NCBI GenBank assembly: GCA_964016885.1
Contig: OZ024747.1
Location: 87,172,001 to 87,236,000 of the forward strand
Length of the DNA: 64,000 nucleotides
Direction: 5' to 3'
Origin: Eledone cirrhosa
Lineage: Eukaryota
Positions 41,616-57,230 of this stretch are shown one piece after another (the stretch's first letter is position 1; the number at the start of each line of letters is the position of its first letter). The translations under genes were made by a program, and so were the position numbers. A model generated the notes under the pieces. It did no database searches and was not told where the DNA came from. It saw nothing but the letters and a program-made list of their open reading frames with translations.

Positions 41616-42029
41616 TATATATACTATTCCTAGTAATAGATGGCACTAATGATTGACCACCCAGTTAAGCTGAGAGACAAGAGGAAAGATGTATCACACC
41701 CATTAGAGGACTCAACACAATGTCTACAGCAAGATTTGGAAAAGTGGATGTAAAAACAACGATGATGGAAATTAATCCTGCCCCCAAACAGCCTCTGGTT
41801 CTAAGAGATAAAACCACCCATTTTAAAGAGTTTCTATTTAGATGTAAATCATCCAACATAATTTAACATAATGTAACAAATTCCATCTTGATAATGACAC
41901 CATTAATTTTCGTAAATCTCTCTAAATTCTTCATTATATAAAGGGTTACCCTACCAATCCTTTTATATCAATTAAGTTGCTTTCTTGATTTTGTTTTCAG
42001 AATCTATTAGATTTTATATTTATTTTCAG

Positions 42030-42162
42030 AATGGCACTTGTAGTGTTGGGCCCAAACACTTTTTGTCGATTACACAGTAACAATGAGGTTTCTTATATTA
42101 TGATGGGTCTTCACAAAGCTAGAATTCGTCAGTTAAAGATAAAAGGTTTCAATGTTATTGAG
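42030..42162 (+). CDS. FASTK-family protein, RAP-domain exon
   Basis: ttttcag|A...GAG|gtaagt; encodes (R)MALVVLGPNTFC...MGLHKARIRQLKIKGFNVIE, matching the RAP consensus RIAI.V.GP..F...G....K.RQL...G..V.E. Confidence 0.88.
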
Positions 42163-43152
42163 GTAAGTTTCAAATCAGTATTTATTGGTATATCATCTAT
42201 GCAACTATTTTAATTTTACATAGCCCAATAATTAAAAAATAAATAACTACACTGCCTCAGTGTGAGTGTGTGTCTGTGAAACATATATATACACCAGGTT
42301 CGAACACAATGGAACCAAACTCCCACTGTCTCTGCCTCTCCCATTCTCCCCATCTCTCACTATTATGAGCAAATGGGAGCCCACGTGCTGGCCACCCAAC
42401 AGACAGAATAGAGAAGGCATTTCCATGGAGGACTGTTTATGTTTTGATTTTAACTCCCACTGAGACCAACTTTGCCTTTCAATCTTTCTGGAACAATTTG
42501 ATAAAATAAATATCAGATGGATTTGAAATCAGAACATAAACAGTCTCATATATGATCTACCAATCTCCCCATTAAATTATCTACTTTCACCAATATAAAG
42601 GAAATATCCTATACTCTACAGTTTGTCAAATGTGTTTAACCCTTTTGATACTCAGCTGCCTGAAATTACTTTTAGCTCTACAATACTAAGCTGTTTATTT
42701 TATTTCATCTAAAAACCTTACATGATTTTATATAAGAAACTATATTAACCTTTTCACATTTAAACCAACCGTATCTGGCCAGAATTCTCTCACCTCATTC
42801 ACTTCATACCGGCCATAAATGGCCACTCATACTGATGTTAAGGTATTGTTCTCAAAATAAATAATATCAAAATCTCATAGATTCGATATAATGTGAGATA
42901 ATTATGTAAGATAAAGCCTTTAACACAAAAATGCAATAGTATATATAGAGTAATGTAAATGCTGAAGGGTTAAACTATGTTCTCAACACCAGCTAAATAA
43001 TAAGAAATTTGGTTATATTATTAAGTCCCTCACATTGTTGATAATTTTCAAAATTACTTAAAAATCATAGGTAGTGTCATCATCATCATTGTTTTAACAA
43101 CTGCTTTCCCTGCTAACAAAAGGTTTAAACTATTTATTTTTTCTATCCTTAG

Positions 43153-43233
43153 GTTCCTTTCTATGAACTCCATGATGACAAGGAGAAACTTTACCAGAAA
43201 TTGGCAGCAGCTCTACCAGAATTGTCTCTCTAG
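43153..43233 (+). CDS. FASTK-family protein, last exon
   Basis: tccttag|GTT; encodes VPFYELHDDKEKLYQKLAAALPELSL*, completing the RAP motif V.EVP..E. Confidence 0.82.
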   Translation, partial: VPFYELHDDKEKLYQKLAAALPELSL

Positions 43234-44449
43234 TTACAAAACTACAAATATAATCCAAAGAAAGAAATAGTCCCTTTAATCTTTGTAAGATTTGATTAAT
43301 CTGTTTCTTTTGCTTTTTTGTTTTAGCTGAAAAAATAACTACTCCTTAAATCCTAACCTATTTTACAATTGAGTATTAAGGAGGTAGCCAGTTGAAAATA
43401 TAATTTACTTTACACTGAACCATACCAAATATAATTGGCAGAGTTGTTTGACATTGGATTAAATTTGTTCCAGCTCTCAGAGTTAAATTATACTGACGTC
43501 AACTTTGCCTATGCATGCTGTAAGAGACAAACACTGTCAAGTGCACTTCAAATATGCAGGTCTGAGACAATACCAAGCGACATCAGCTGCTGTAGAATGC
43601 AGTTTTTCAATGCTGAAAAAAATCCTTGCTAAAGATAGGAATATTTTGCCACAAATATAAGACATTATATCATATTGTACTATAATAAATTTCTACAAAG
43701 TAGTCTTTTAAAAAATTTCCAGCTGTGACTATCCTGTGTTTATATGAGTCATAAGTGTCCTTCTTTGCTTTAGACCATGCGAGAGACAAATATTTGGCTG
43801 CCGTATAACTCCCTTAAGGTTTGCGTTATTTGTTTTGGCTCTATCTAAGTTCAACTTTGCCTGTCATCCATTTGAAGTCTATAAAAAAACCACTGTTCTT
43901 ATCTGGAAGAAATCTGCTATATACTTGTTTCTGTGTAGTTAGCAGTCAACGCACCCATATTTTATTTCATGTTGTTCCAGTACACTCAATAGTCAGGGAG
44001 TTAATCCTGCGATAGACCAGCATCCTATCCAGGGAGTGTCTTGTACTCTGAGACACTGAACAACAAGGAAAGCCGGTGATAAACTTATAACAAACTTTAT
44101 ATATATACTAAATTTAGGTTTAATCAACAAGACTAACGGTTTGCATTTTTTATACATTTCTACAGCTGAGTGATCTGCAACTTGAAATAAAGTATCTTGC
44201 TGAAGAACACAACGCAAAGCCCGGTCTGAGAATCAGTTTAGAATAAATATAATGGCCACTGGAACAACTTCATGTTTTCAACCTGAATAAAAAAACGTTA
44301 AAAACTTGGATTTTACTATTTATAAGGAGGTAAAGTAAAGCTTTATTTATGAACAGCTTTATTGCATAGTCCATGGTTATATGAAATAGAATTTAGCGTA
44401 TTTTTATTATTATTTAAGTTGGTAAATAATATATTTCTAGTTCCCTTCA

Positions 44450-45090
44450 TGATTTCCCCGTGTTTTGTTGTAAATTCATTTTGGATGACTTTCTCAATAT
44501 GTTCTTACCTACACTAGATGTACCATTGGTTTTTATTCTCCATCATGTCTAGGTGTTGTGATGTGTAGCAACCTTCTGAAGTACTTGTGCTCGAGTTTCT
44601 TTTCCATACGGCATCGTCTTTCCCATTTTGTCTGCTCTCCCTTTCGTTTGTTGCTTGATCACTTTCATAGAGTATTTTGTATAATCTCAATATCTTTTCA
44701 TGACAAATTCTGAGGTTTTCTATATTAAATATGTGTGTTTATACCTGTCAATGTAAGACATACTTTACCAGTGAAATAATTAAATATTTGGCTCCGTTGG
44801 AAAACTGATGAAGTTTCTTTTCCAAAAGACATTCAGCTTTACCATGGCAGAATTCACCAGTATCTCTTTTGGTCCTAGCTACTTGGTGTCCACCACTTCT
44901 GTCACATGATGTTGGTGCTATATTCTGGTTATTAATATTAACGAGAATCTTTTGAGACCTGTCGTCTTGGTCAGGGTAAATACACCCGTCTCGCTTTGGC
45001 TATGAAATCTAAGTTTTGTTAACTAGATCTATATTGCTTTAACGTAGAACCATCACGGCCTCCATTCACCTGCTTTCCTCTTTGATGCCA
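44450..45090 (-). mobile_element. Highly decayed RTE-like LINE remnants
   Basis: Minus-strand peptides SAMVKLNVFWKRNFISFPT and KLEHKYFRRLLHIT. Confidence 0.45.
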
Positions 45091-45674
45091 TCTAGTGCAA
45101 CATGACAGTTTGTTCACCGGTTTGCCCAGCACCATCTGGCATGTTATCACTCAACTTACCAACGCCTTAATGGTGTCTAGCTCAACCCCCACTTTCGACA
45201 GGAACACAGCTCGATGGGCTGTTATATTCTACAGGCTTTCTCGTTTCCTCTCTGTTGGATTTAAATGTATGTATATATATAGTAAAAGACAAAAGTGGAA
45301 GATTTTTATAAAGTTCAAATTTTTTTTTATTGACAACGTATGTAAATGTTTTTTTTTTATTTCGTTTTTACAGATGTCCAGCCTTCTAGGTCAAATACTG
45401 TGTTCTTTGCCATAACCACTGAGAGAATGTTTTGATACTGAAGTATTTACAAGTGGGACTGTTAATAAAAAATTTATATATCATATACCAATTGTGTTCA
45501 GTTATTTTGACAAAAAAGATCGGCTTTTAGCCTCATAAATAAAGAAATCTTTACCTGTGTTACTATTTCCTCTCTTTGAAAGAAAGTCTCTTTATAAGAA
45601 ACTGAATAAGACGTATTTTTTTACAAAACTACGTTTGGGAGATAACTTTCAACTCATTAACAGTGTATATATAT

Positions 45675-45893
45675 AAGAACGTAGATGAAGTGTCTTAAAA
45701 AACCGAAGTGTCGAAAAGAAATTAAGAACGTAAATGAAGTGTCTTAAAAGAAACTAAGAATGTAGATGAAGTGTCTTAAAAGAAACTAAGAATGTATATA
45801 AAGTGTCGAAAAGAAATTAAGAACGTAGATGAAGTGTCTTAAAAGAAATTAAGAATCTATATGAAGTGTCTTAAACCAAGAATGTATATGAAA
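45675..45893. repeat. ~32-bp imperfect minisatellite
   Basis: aagaacgtagatgaagtgtcttaaaagaaact-like unit, about 6-7 copies. Confidence 0.85.
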
Positions 45894-46135
45894 TGCCGAA
45901 GTCTTTCAAATACAAACTTCTTAAAATCAAGGGAGGTAATATCCAAGGGGAGATAATTCACAATTTTTCCAGTAAAAAGTCTGTGAATTATCTCTTAGCA
46001 ATCGCACGCCACCACGAAACGAACGTCAGCCACCTTGACTGCAAGTCCGCGACTCAGCTCACGCGTCACCTCCAAGGCCGCAATTCTACTGAGTAGAATA
46101 CTGATATTTATGGGTACTTTTGATATTTTTTGTTA

Positions 46136-46189
46136 AACACCGAATTACCTCCCTTCGTTTTGTGAAACGAAGGGAGGTAATTCGGTGTT
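46136..46189. repeat. Perfect hairpin, 25-bp arms with a 4-nt loop
   Basis: aacaccgaattacctcccttcgttt-tgtg-aaacgaagggaggtaattcggtgtt. Confidence 0.95.
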
Positions 46190-47734
46190 CAGAGTAAATA
46201 TATTTTTATAAGAAAAATTATTAGTGCATTGGTGGTATCGTGACTGAATTTTTTTTTTTTTTTTTTTTCCCTTTAAATTATGAAGTTATATTCATTAAAA
46301 ACATCGTCTTGAAACCAACGCACTAACAATTTTCTTATTCCGAACGAATTAACTCCATTCATTTCGTTTACATATATTTTTTTTTTTCAATGAATAAACA
46401 CTTACATCCGTATAGACGACAGTCCAGCTACAGTAATGACGTGCTTCTTTCGTCCTCTAATCTGTTACTGGCCAGCGTTTAGTTGGCCGTAGAGGATTGT
46501 ATGAGAAATTTATGCTCCTGTCGCACTCAAAGCAGGCACTGACTAGAGGATCCTACAAGAAGTATACGTCCTTAAACTGTTTATTTCGCCTGCTAGGCAG
46601 GCCGTAGGATTTCCTATGAAATGTGCATGCCCTTAACTGCTTATTTCATCCTAGACCATGGTGTAGTTCCCCATGGACGATCATAAAAAAGGACTTGCCT
46701 TTAAAAGGAACAGTTTACTTACTATAGGAAAGAGATTAAAATGAGACACAACTGAGGAATTGAGAAAAGAGGCATGGATATAAAACCTGCGACTTCATTT
46801 GTATCCAGTGATGTAGACCAGTTCTTTTTTGGGGGAAAAATGCATTTGATGTTCAGAGAGTGGGATTGGGCCCGTGCAAAACCTTTCCTCACTTAAAAAG
46901 CTTCAAGCATGGGCATCGTTTGATATGTGACATTGTTTTGTGATGCATGGCATTGCTGGCCATAGGAAAGTCCCAGGGCAACACTAAAAAGCCACGTCCG
47001 TGATGCTCATGCTTATGTATCAAGCAATGACATTACTTGAAATCAGGTTACAACCATCATCATCACCATGTATGTATGCATGCATTCTTGCCTGCATATA
47101 CATGCTCATACAAATGTATGTATACAATTGACAGACAGTTTACAAATTTTACTTATTTTGAACAAGTGGCACCAGACAAATACGCCTTTGTGTTGCTGGT
47201 CATCTGTTGACAAAACTGATGTTATATGTCTTATATATGCAGATGTGTTCCATGGATGCATTACAACATTTAGTGATTTTTAAAATGCTGTCAAAGTGAT
47301 ATTACATGATATTACATTCTGTGTCAATCGATATTAATTTTTTGTTTCCTTTTATTCCTTTTGTTGCTTTTTCGGTAAAGGCGGTCAATAATACAGTCGG
47401 TATGGAAGTATCTGGTGACAATCATCATAAATTCTAATCAATTAACTTCAATGTTCATATTACTGTTTCAGCAAACACATTTAATGACACTAATTTATTA
47501 TACAGTGGAGAGCTCTGAGTACCATAATTTCTTTATTCCGGTATAATAAATGTAATAGATCCTGGTTTTCGTTTCTTTTTACAAGCATCACCATAGTATA
47601 TTTTCACCCGGCTCTAGCATTCGTCACCAGATATTGGAGAAATAGTCAAACCATTGATGGAAATATTGCTTGACTAACTTGTAAGTTTCCATTGCTTTAT
47701 CAGTGATCTCCCAATAAAACTTTCTGGGTAGCAT

Positions 47735-47858
47735 ACGGTCTGAGTTCAAATCCCACCTAGGTTAACTTTGCCTTTCATCCTTACGGGGTCGATAAAATAA
47801 AAGTACCAGTAATGCACTAGGTAATTGCTGGCCTTGTGCCAAAAGTAGAAACAATTAT
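47735..47858 (+). mobile_element. SINE, family B
   Basis: gagttcaaatccc...ctttgcctttcatccttacggggtcgataaaat...gtagaaacaattat. Confidence 0.8.
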
Positions 47859-47894
47859 GTCTCGTTCTCTTCTGTATGACGACCTCAACACCTC

Positions 47895-48290
47895 GTCATT
47901 CTTCTTCTTCTTCTTCTTCTTCTTCTTCTTCTTCTTTATCCACCTATTCCAGGGAGGATCATGGTGGCAGAGTCATTAAGCACATCTTCCAGCGGGTCCT
48001 GTCTGCAACAAATGTCTCCAATTGATCTGGCTGGATCCCCAGCCGAGTGCATATCCAACCATCTTGTTCTAGGTCTCTTGTCGGTTAGTTTTACCTGTGA
48101 AATATGTCCAGCGATTCTTTCCTTAGACGTTCTGACCACATGTCCATAATATTGGGAATTGGGATCTCTCAATTCATAGAATTAGAGACACTCTGATTTC
48201 CGAACTGTGCACTCTATTGAGTAGCGTTATACCAAAGCCCATTCAGTGTAACCCTATTTCGTCCGTTTTTATTCGCAATCGTATTCTTTC
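47895..48290 (-). mobile_element. RTE-like LINE 3' fragment with a (GAA)n tail
   Basis: SQYYGHVVRTSKERIAGHI...RPRTRWLD, with (ttc)n at 47899-47935. Confidence 0.75.
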
Positions 48291-48333
48291 CTATTTGTAG
48301 ATACCCTCTCATGAGTGTATCTACACATTAAGA

Positions 48334-48421
<88 letters not shown>

Positions 48422-48863
48422 ATTTAATATAGAAATGGCTTCTACTAGAACTGTTTCATTCGAAGAACACCATACTAAATTTAAGTGAAAAACGCGATAT
48501 ATAAGTGAGATTGTCTAAATTTTTTGGTTGGATGTACAGCTCTAGTGCAAGATGAGCTGCTTATGTACTGGTTTCATGCGTTAACAATTTTGTTTAATGA
48601 CAGTATGTGTGTTTTGGTGTGGCACTGTCGGCTCAAGAGCTAGTTCTGTGTGTATTTATGGGTGATAGTCAGGTTTGCTGATGAAGTTTGTGTGGAGTAG
48701 TGCTTAAGTGTCAGTTCTGTGTTATTTCCTGGGTGCTGTTAGATTCTGCTATCGAACTTTGTATGGAGATGTGCTCTTTAGACGTAGCTATGTGTATGCT
48801 AGTTTGGATACATAAGTGTGCAAGGATAACCTAGGGTGTCTATTGCAGTGTGTATATGTACAT

Positions 48864-49138
48864 CTAAGGGAAATAATTCATGGAAAATTAACCTTAGAAA
48901 TGATTTCCTAGGATTCAACAAATTACGTTTGGATAAGTTCATATTTAACTCCCCAAATCACAATTAATTAATCGCGACACTATGAGATACATGACTATGT
49001 CCACTTCTGGATTTATCTCATAGTCTCCCCATTAATTAATTCTGATTTAGAGAGTCAAATATGAACTTATCCAAAACTAGTTTGTTGAATCCTCGGAAAT
49101 AATTACTCAGGTTAATTCTTCACGAGTTCTCTCCCTTA
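48864..49138. mobile_element. ~275-bp imperfect palindrome (foldback/MITE-like)
   Basis: taaggga...ggattcaacaaa...tttggataagttcatattt...ctatgagata pairs with tatctcatag...aaatatgaacttatccaaa...tttgttgaatcc...tccctta. Confidence 0.75.
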
Positions 49139-49522
49139 AAGGAATTATTGTTTGTATCCTTCTTAGACCAAGATGTCAGCATCCAACATTCGTGCGAAAT
49201 ACAAAACCCGAAAAAAAAATTATTGGGTCTCCATAAAGATGCAGAATTAAATAACATATTCTATGCTAAAGGTAATCTAAATTTTTCAGTGATAAAACTT
49301 CAACAATGACTATATTTCCCCCCCAGAGGAGCTGTGGTCTTCTAGAAATGCATCTATTTCCATAGATTGACTACATAAAACGAATTCTGTAACAACACTG
49401 AATAATTCGACGATTGTAAGGGAATAAATACGGTTTTTTGTGCCTCCGAGGGATACTTTCTAGGTGCAAATCCCATGGTCATTCGTGACCGAGAGGGGCC
49501 TTTACTTATATATATATATATA

Positions 49523-49893
49523 TGATTGCGAATAAAAGCGGCCGAAATGGGATTCCTCCGAAGGATCTTTAGAGTAACGTTACTCGATAAAGTGCGTAGC
49601 TCGGAGATGAGAGAGTCACCTCAGGTAGAGTCGATACTTCTCCGAATCGAGAGCTCACAGCTCCGATACTATGGCTATGTGGTTAGAATGCCCCAGGAAA
49701 GAATCGCTGGACAGATTTTCAGGCAAAACCAACCGGCAAGATGGTTGGATAACATCTTGGCTGGTCTCGCTTGGGGATTCAATCGGATCAGATAGAGAGG
49801 CAGTTGCTTCTGACTGGACACGCTAGTAGGAGTGTTTGAGGCCTCTGCCCCCCCCCCCCCCCCCCACCTTCTCAGGAATAACTGGAAGAAGAT
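49523..49893 (+). mobile_element. RTE-like LINE 3' fragment
   Basis: RIKAAEMGFLRRIFRVTLLDKVRSSEMRE...QLRYYGYVVRMPQERIA. Confidence 0.85.
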
Positions 49894-49976
49894 GTACCCT
49901 CACATTCAGAATGACTGATCTGGCGTATTTCTAGCAATAACCATATTTTCCTCAATATTTCCTCTCTCTCTCTCTC

Positions 49977-50024
<48 letters not shown>

Positions 50025-50589
50025 CTTACAAGAATAAGGTAAACAACGAGAAGTGGAAGAACGAAAAAACGAAGGAAAGACGTAAAAGTGGAGACAGCAA
50101 CGTAGAAGGTAGAATGTAAACAAAGAGATAGAAAAAAAAAAGTTTGGAAGACTAAGAGGAGAGGGAAAGGTAGGGGAGAAGGTGAGGTGGGGGAGAAGGT
50201 CGGATGAGGTATGGGGGAGAAGGTGAGGTAGGGGAGAAGGAAAAGGAAGCAAAAATTAAAAGGAGAAATGAATAAAATGAACAATAAAAGAATATATACT
50301 ATATATATATATATATATATATATAGTATATATATACATATATATATATATATAAAATAAAAGCAATGAAAGGGATAAAAGAAACTTGAAAGTCGCCGAG
50401 TGAAAAGAGTGTGTATTGATAGAAGTGAAGGAGTGGAGAAATGATAACTGACAGAGTTAAGTAAACTAAATATCAGGGAAGACAAGAATGGATGGGTTAG
50501 GGTATTCCCGCCAAAACTAGATTCAAAACAGCCTAATTGCTTCAGATGATGATGTAGCTTTTTATCTTTATTATTTATTTTGTATATAC

Positions 50590-50850
50590 TTTTTTTTAAT
50601 GTCTAAATTAAAGGGCGGTGCGGCTGGCCTTCACAGGCCCCCTTCCGAGGTCGGAGAGATCGAAGCCGTTGATGTTCTGTTTAAAAGGCTGAGGAAACAT
50701 AAGCAGGGAGGAAGTTGCAGATGGCTGATGTTTGGGACAGGAAGCAATGGTTGTAATAGTTGGTTTGAGGTATGGACAATTAAGAGAAGGCATAAAATTG
50801 GTGATGGGAAGATGAGGTTCGAGTTGGACGGAAGAACCTGAGTGAAGGTT
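50590..50850 (-). mobile_element. CR1/Jockey-like LINE 3' end remnant with a short poly(A)
   Basis: Minus strand NHCFLSQTSAICNFLPAYV...FKQNIN resembles the F.P.T...WN.LP motif; A-tail at 50590-50597. Confidence 0.45.
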
Positions 50851-51002
50851 AGACCTGATTAAGTATATATATATTAAGTATATATATGAAACAGTTCTAG
50901 TCCTGTAGAAGCCATTTCTATATTAAATATTTATACTCAGCTATGTATTGAGTACCTTACTTACTGTGGTTACCTTCGATTAAACCCGGGATAAATAAAT
51001 AA

Positions 51003-51047
<45 letters not shown>

Positions 51048-52164
51048 ACGCGCTTATGCTATCTCACTCACAATCATTGATTAACTCAGGGCAATAATAG
51101 AAAACACTTGCTTAATGTGCCACACAGTGGGATTGAGCCCTTAAACCACGTAGTTACGAAGATTTTATAAAATCTCAGTCATTCAAACTCGCCTCTCCTC
51201 ACAGTACCCAAACGTATCTAATTTCATCAATTTAAATAAGAGTTAAACTGTCATTTGATTGCCCCAATGTACGTTTTAAGCTCAAATCTGGTTGATGTTA
51301 GCTTTGCCTTTCATCCACAAAATAACTAATAGACAAGTACTGAGATCAATTAAATCGACTGTTCCTCTCCCTTACACACACACACCAGCGCCACTAACAC
51401 CTTTTAAACCCTGGCCTTGTGTCTTTATGAAAAATCATTATCAAGTATTGTATATAAAATTGGTAAAACTAGGAATAAAACGCTTTGCAATATTTATAAT
51501 CTCAATTCAAATCCTGTTTATCTTGACATTATTTTTCATCTTTCAGGAATTGATAAAATCGTATCACTCATTAGGTATTAATATTAGGATCGATTTTTCC
51601 CTTCTAAATCTGTGACCGTGCATCCAATAAGAAACTATTTTATCTATTATACTATTATGAAGGTTTAAGAGTTACAAGCGGTAAAACAAAAAAACGGACT
51701 AAACCTCATAGTATTTACTTTCAATTATGTGAGTTCTGAGTTTTGTGTTCAAATTATTTTGTAGTAATCCATTACTTTCAGTGCTGACTTACTATCCTCA
51801 TATATATATTCTTTACTGCATACGTTTTTGCAGCGTTGTAAAGTAGATGGTTTCCTGTAGGTTTCGACAATGATTCTCCGGTTGCTCGATCAATTGAATT
51901 AATTTCTGATTGAATTAGTGTATAGATAGCTGAATATTCTACAAATACGTGTAAGATCAACGTAATTTTCAAGCAGAATCAACGTGACAAAGTGAGTAGC
52001 AAAAATGTACCATCGCTTTACAACTACCTTCTCTCCAGTGGGTTTCGGCAGTTTTCATCAACACAGGTCAGCTTTCATTGATTAGATCTAGGATCAGAAT
52101 TATTACTGTCAGGACCATGTCCACCTTTAAGGATTGCTAGGACAACTGTATCTAATATATTCTT

Positions 52165-52450
52165 TCTCCAGCCGCAACCTGGTGCAGTCTGCGACTAACC
52201 CAGGTTCTGCTGCACGTCGGGCTGAGGAGGCCAAACTCTTCAAATACCGTTCGCTCTCCGACAGGTTTACAGTTGTACCCTTGGCAGTGGAGACTTCTGG
52301 TGTCCTCGGCCCTAGGGCTACCTCCCTACTCATCCTCATAGGCGCTGAGCTGGCCAGCCGCAGGTGTGAGCCTCGCGAGCTGGAATGGCTTTTTCCAGCG
52401 CGTCTCCCTTGCCGTCCTCCAGGGGAACGCGTTCTCCATTCTGTCCACCG
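52165..52450 (+). mobile_element. CRE-clade endonuclease fragment
   Basis: SATNPGSAARRAEEAKLFKYRSLSDRFTVVPLAVETSGVLGP...EPRELEWLF. Confidence 0.8.
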
Positions 52451-53202
52451 GAGCTGTGGGGAGGCCACCAATATGATTGACTGACTTGTCATTTTATCAG
52501 TCAGATGTTATATATTCTTTACTTCTTTAAGACTAGGTTTTAGTTATCGTCTTTGATCATAAGCAGATAGATTTATGATGAAAGGCATTCCACCCCTTTT
52601 TATAGGTAATGTAGAATTACATTATCTAATGTGTCCTCTTTTTAAAGATGTTCAAGTGTCATTTGAGGTATATTTGGCTGTTGTTTCTTGAAATTTGAGC
52701 AAAGACATTCGCTTGATGATACGTGCAACAAAATGGGTAGGAATGATATATTTTTTACTGCATAGTATGGGAGGGAAAGTCAGTGTTCACGAATCTTTTC
52801 ATGGTCTCCAGAACAGGAGAGAGGAAGGAAATAAGGCATCCTCATACTGAACACTTCACTCGAATGCTTTCAACAAAGTGGATCTCGCTAAAGCTACCCA
52901 AATGCCAGTTGTTGGTGTTAAATCGGGTTTGAGAACATTTGGAACAACATGAACATCATCACTTCCCATAGTGAGACCTTTGATGTCACAAATTATTGCT
53001 GTCAGCGAGTTTCTAGCAGTAATTTCTCGGCTATCTATGTTCGTCACGACCTGGTTTCGATTCACAGCTAAAACTGTTTCACACACGCCCGCTAATGCTT
53101 CGGTGTCTTTGCGAGAAATCTTTCATAGATAAGATAAGACTACGATAAATAACATCCCTAGAGAAAGAGGCGAGGATACACACATACACACACCAACACA
53201 CC

Positions 53203-53975
<773 letters not shown>

Positions 53976-54224
53976 GAGAAAGGGAGAGAAAAAGAGAGAG
54001 AGAAAGACAGAAAGCGAGAGAATGGAGTTGAAAGTAAAATACACAATGAAAGAAAAAAAAAGGGAGTGGAAAGGTGGGGTGGGGGACAATGGAGGGCGAT
54101 GTGGACAAAGGAAACTGGGAAGAAGGGAGAGAGTGAGTGATAGAGTAAAGAGAAGTGTGATGGGAATTAGAGCAGGAGAAAGGGTGGAGGAAAGGATAAA
54201 AGAAAGATGAAAAAGAAAGTATGT

Positions 54225-54620
54225 GAGAGAGAGACTGAGGGGGGTGGGGATAGAGAGAGAGTTAGGGGGAGATAGAGTGTGACTTAGGAGGGAGATAGAG
54301 AGAGACTGAGGTGGAGAGATAGAGAGAGACTTAGGGGGGAGATAGAGAGTGACTTAGGAGGGAGATAGAGAGAGACTGAGGTGGAGAGATAGAGAGAGAG
54401 AGAGACTGAGGTGGAGAGATAGAGAGAGACTTAGGGGGGAGATAGAGAGTGACTTAGGAGGGAGATAGAGAGAGACTGAGGTGGAGAGATAGAGAGAGAG
54501 ACTTAGGGGGGAGATAGAGAGAGACTGAGGTGGAGAGATAGAGAGAGAGACTTAGGGGGGAGATAGAGAATGACTGAGGTGGAGAGATAGAGAGAGACTT
54601 AGGGGGGAGATAGAGAGAAA
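54225..54620. repeat. GA-rich minisatellite (~22-24 bp units)
   Basis: gagatagagagagact(tagggggg/gaggtgga) repeats. Confidence 0.9.
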
Positions 54621-54824
54621 ATAGAAAAAAGGAATAGTGAAAGAGAGAAGGGGAGGTGGAGGAAGGGGAGGTGGAGGAGGAAACAGTATATATGGTGGCG
54701 GTGGTGGTGGGTGATTTTTTTTAATTAATATCGAAAAAAATTAAAAAAACAACTGTCTAGTTATCTCTTCTTGCTCGTTGGGAAATAAATGACGTCACAA
54801 CATATGTGTGTATGTATGAAGTCA

Positions 54825-55230
<406 letters not shown>

Positions 55231-55590
55231 CAAAGGTATATATTGAGTTAGAAACTCAAAATAGTCTCTCTTATAATTAAATAGCTCAAAGAAAGAGGCC
55301 TTTCCGAGCCATGTAATATAATTGAATATAAAAGAGAGATAAACACAGATATAAACATAGATGTGTTCAAATCGTAAGAGACCAGATTCGCTAGGGTGGA
55401 AAAGATGCTAACTATTAACAATATGGTTTTCCAGACTCAATTTAATATAATAAATCAAGAAAAAGATAAACAAACCTATAGTGGGCAACTGCCGGAACAC
55501 CAAGACAGCTTTTGGCTGGCTGTATCGCAATTTTAGTGAAGGCTCTGCTATGTATTGTGTACCTTACTTACTGTGGTTACACACACACGC

Positions 55591-55635
<45 letters not shown>

Positions 55636-55969
55636 AGTGGTTACACAACAGTTAGTTCACCATACCGAGAACAATTGTTTCACCTTAGCGGACCCTCAGC
55701 TCGTAATCACTTCTACCTAACTCGCCCCATGGACTGAGTGCTCTACCACTACGGATATTACCTTCCAGTGTTCTACCACTATACACACACACATACATAC
55801 ATACATACATACATACATACATACATACATACATACATACATACATACATACATACATAAATATATATATACATACATACATACAAACATTTTTTTTTTT
55901 CATTTTTTGTTTCCTTTTTGTATATGCATATATCTCTATGTATATATATATACCATCAGCAACACAAGC

Positions 55970-56040
<71 letters not shown>

Positions 56041-56366
56041 GAGATATATGCATATACATGCTTGTGTTGCTGATGGTAGAAATTGTAGGTGAAAGATCAA
56101 GGAAAACTGTGCTCAATCTGATGCAAGAGAGTTTATTTAGTATAAACAAAGTTTCATAAACTTAACATGTATGTACTACCATTGGTCCAGTCATGGCCAC
56201 CACTATATTTTGGGGGAGGCACTTTGTCCATGTGCCCAAATAAAAGGCCAGCTCTTAAAAATGTTCCCCCAATATAAAGTGGTGGTTATGACTGAACCCC
56301 GAACCCAATGGTAGCACATACATGTTAAGTGTATGAAACTTTGTTTATACTATATATATATATACT

Positions 56367-56469
<103 letters not shown>

Positions 56470-56551
56470 GCATAAATGCGTGTGTGTACATAAACACCAC
56501 ATATGCACACACACACATTGACAGGCATATAATATATATATATATATATAT

Positions 56552-56582
<31 letters not shown>

Positions 56583-56683
56583 CCGTCGGGGTCTTACTTG
56601 TTCCTATTACCCACTCTACTACCCTAAGTATTGAGTACTTTGGTGCGTTATGGTCCACCTGGTTCCTTACCACATTTCCTTCG

Positions 56684-57230
<547 letters not shown>

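Noticed and set aside
52035-52065. Minus-strand UUGAUGA...GAAACCCACUGG hammerhead-like motif
   Set aside because: There is no stem II pairing and no UH cleavage site in the right place.
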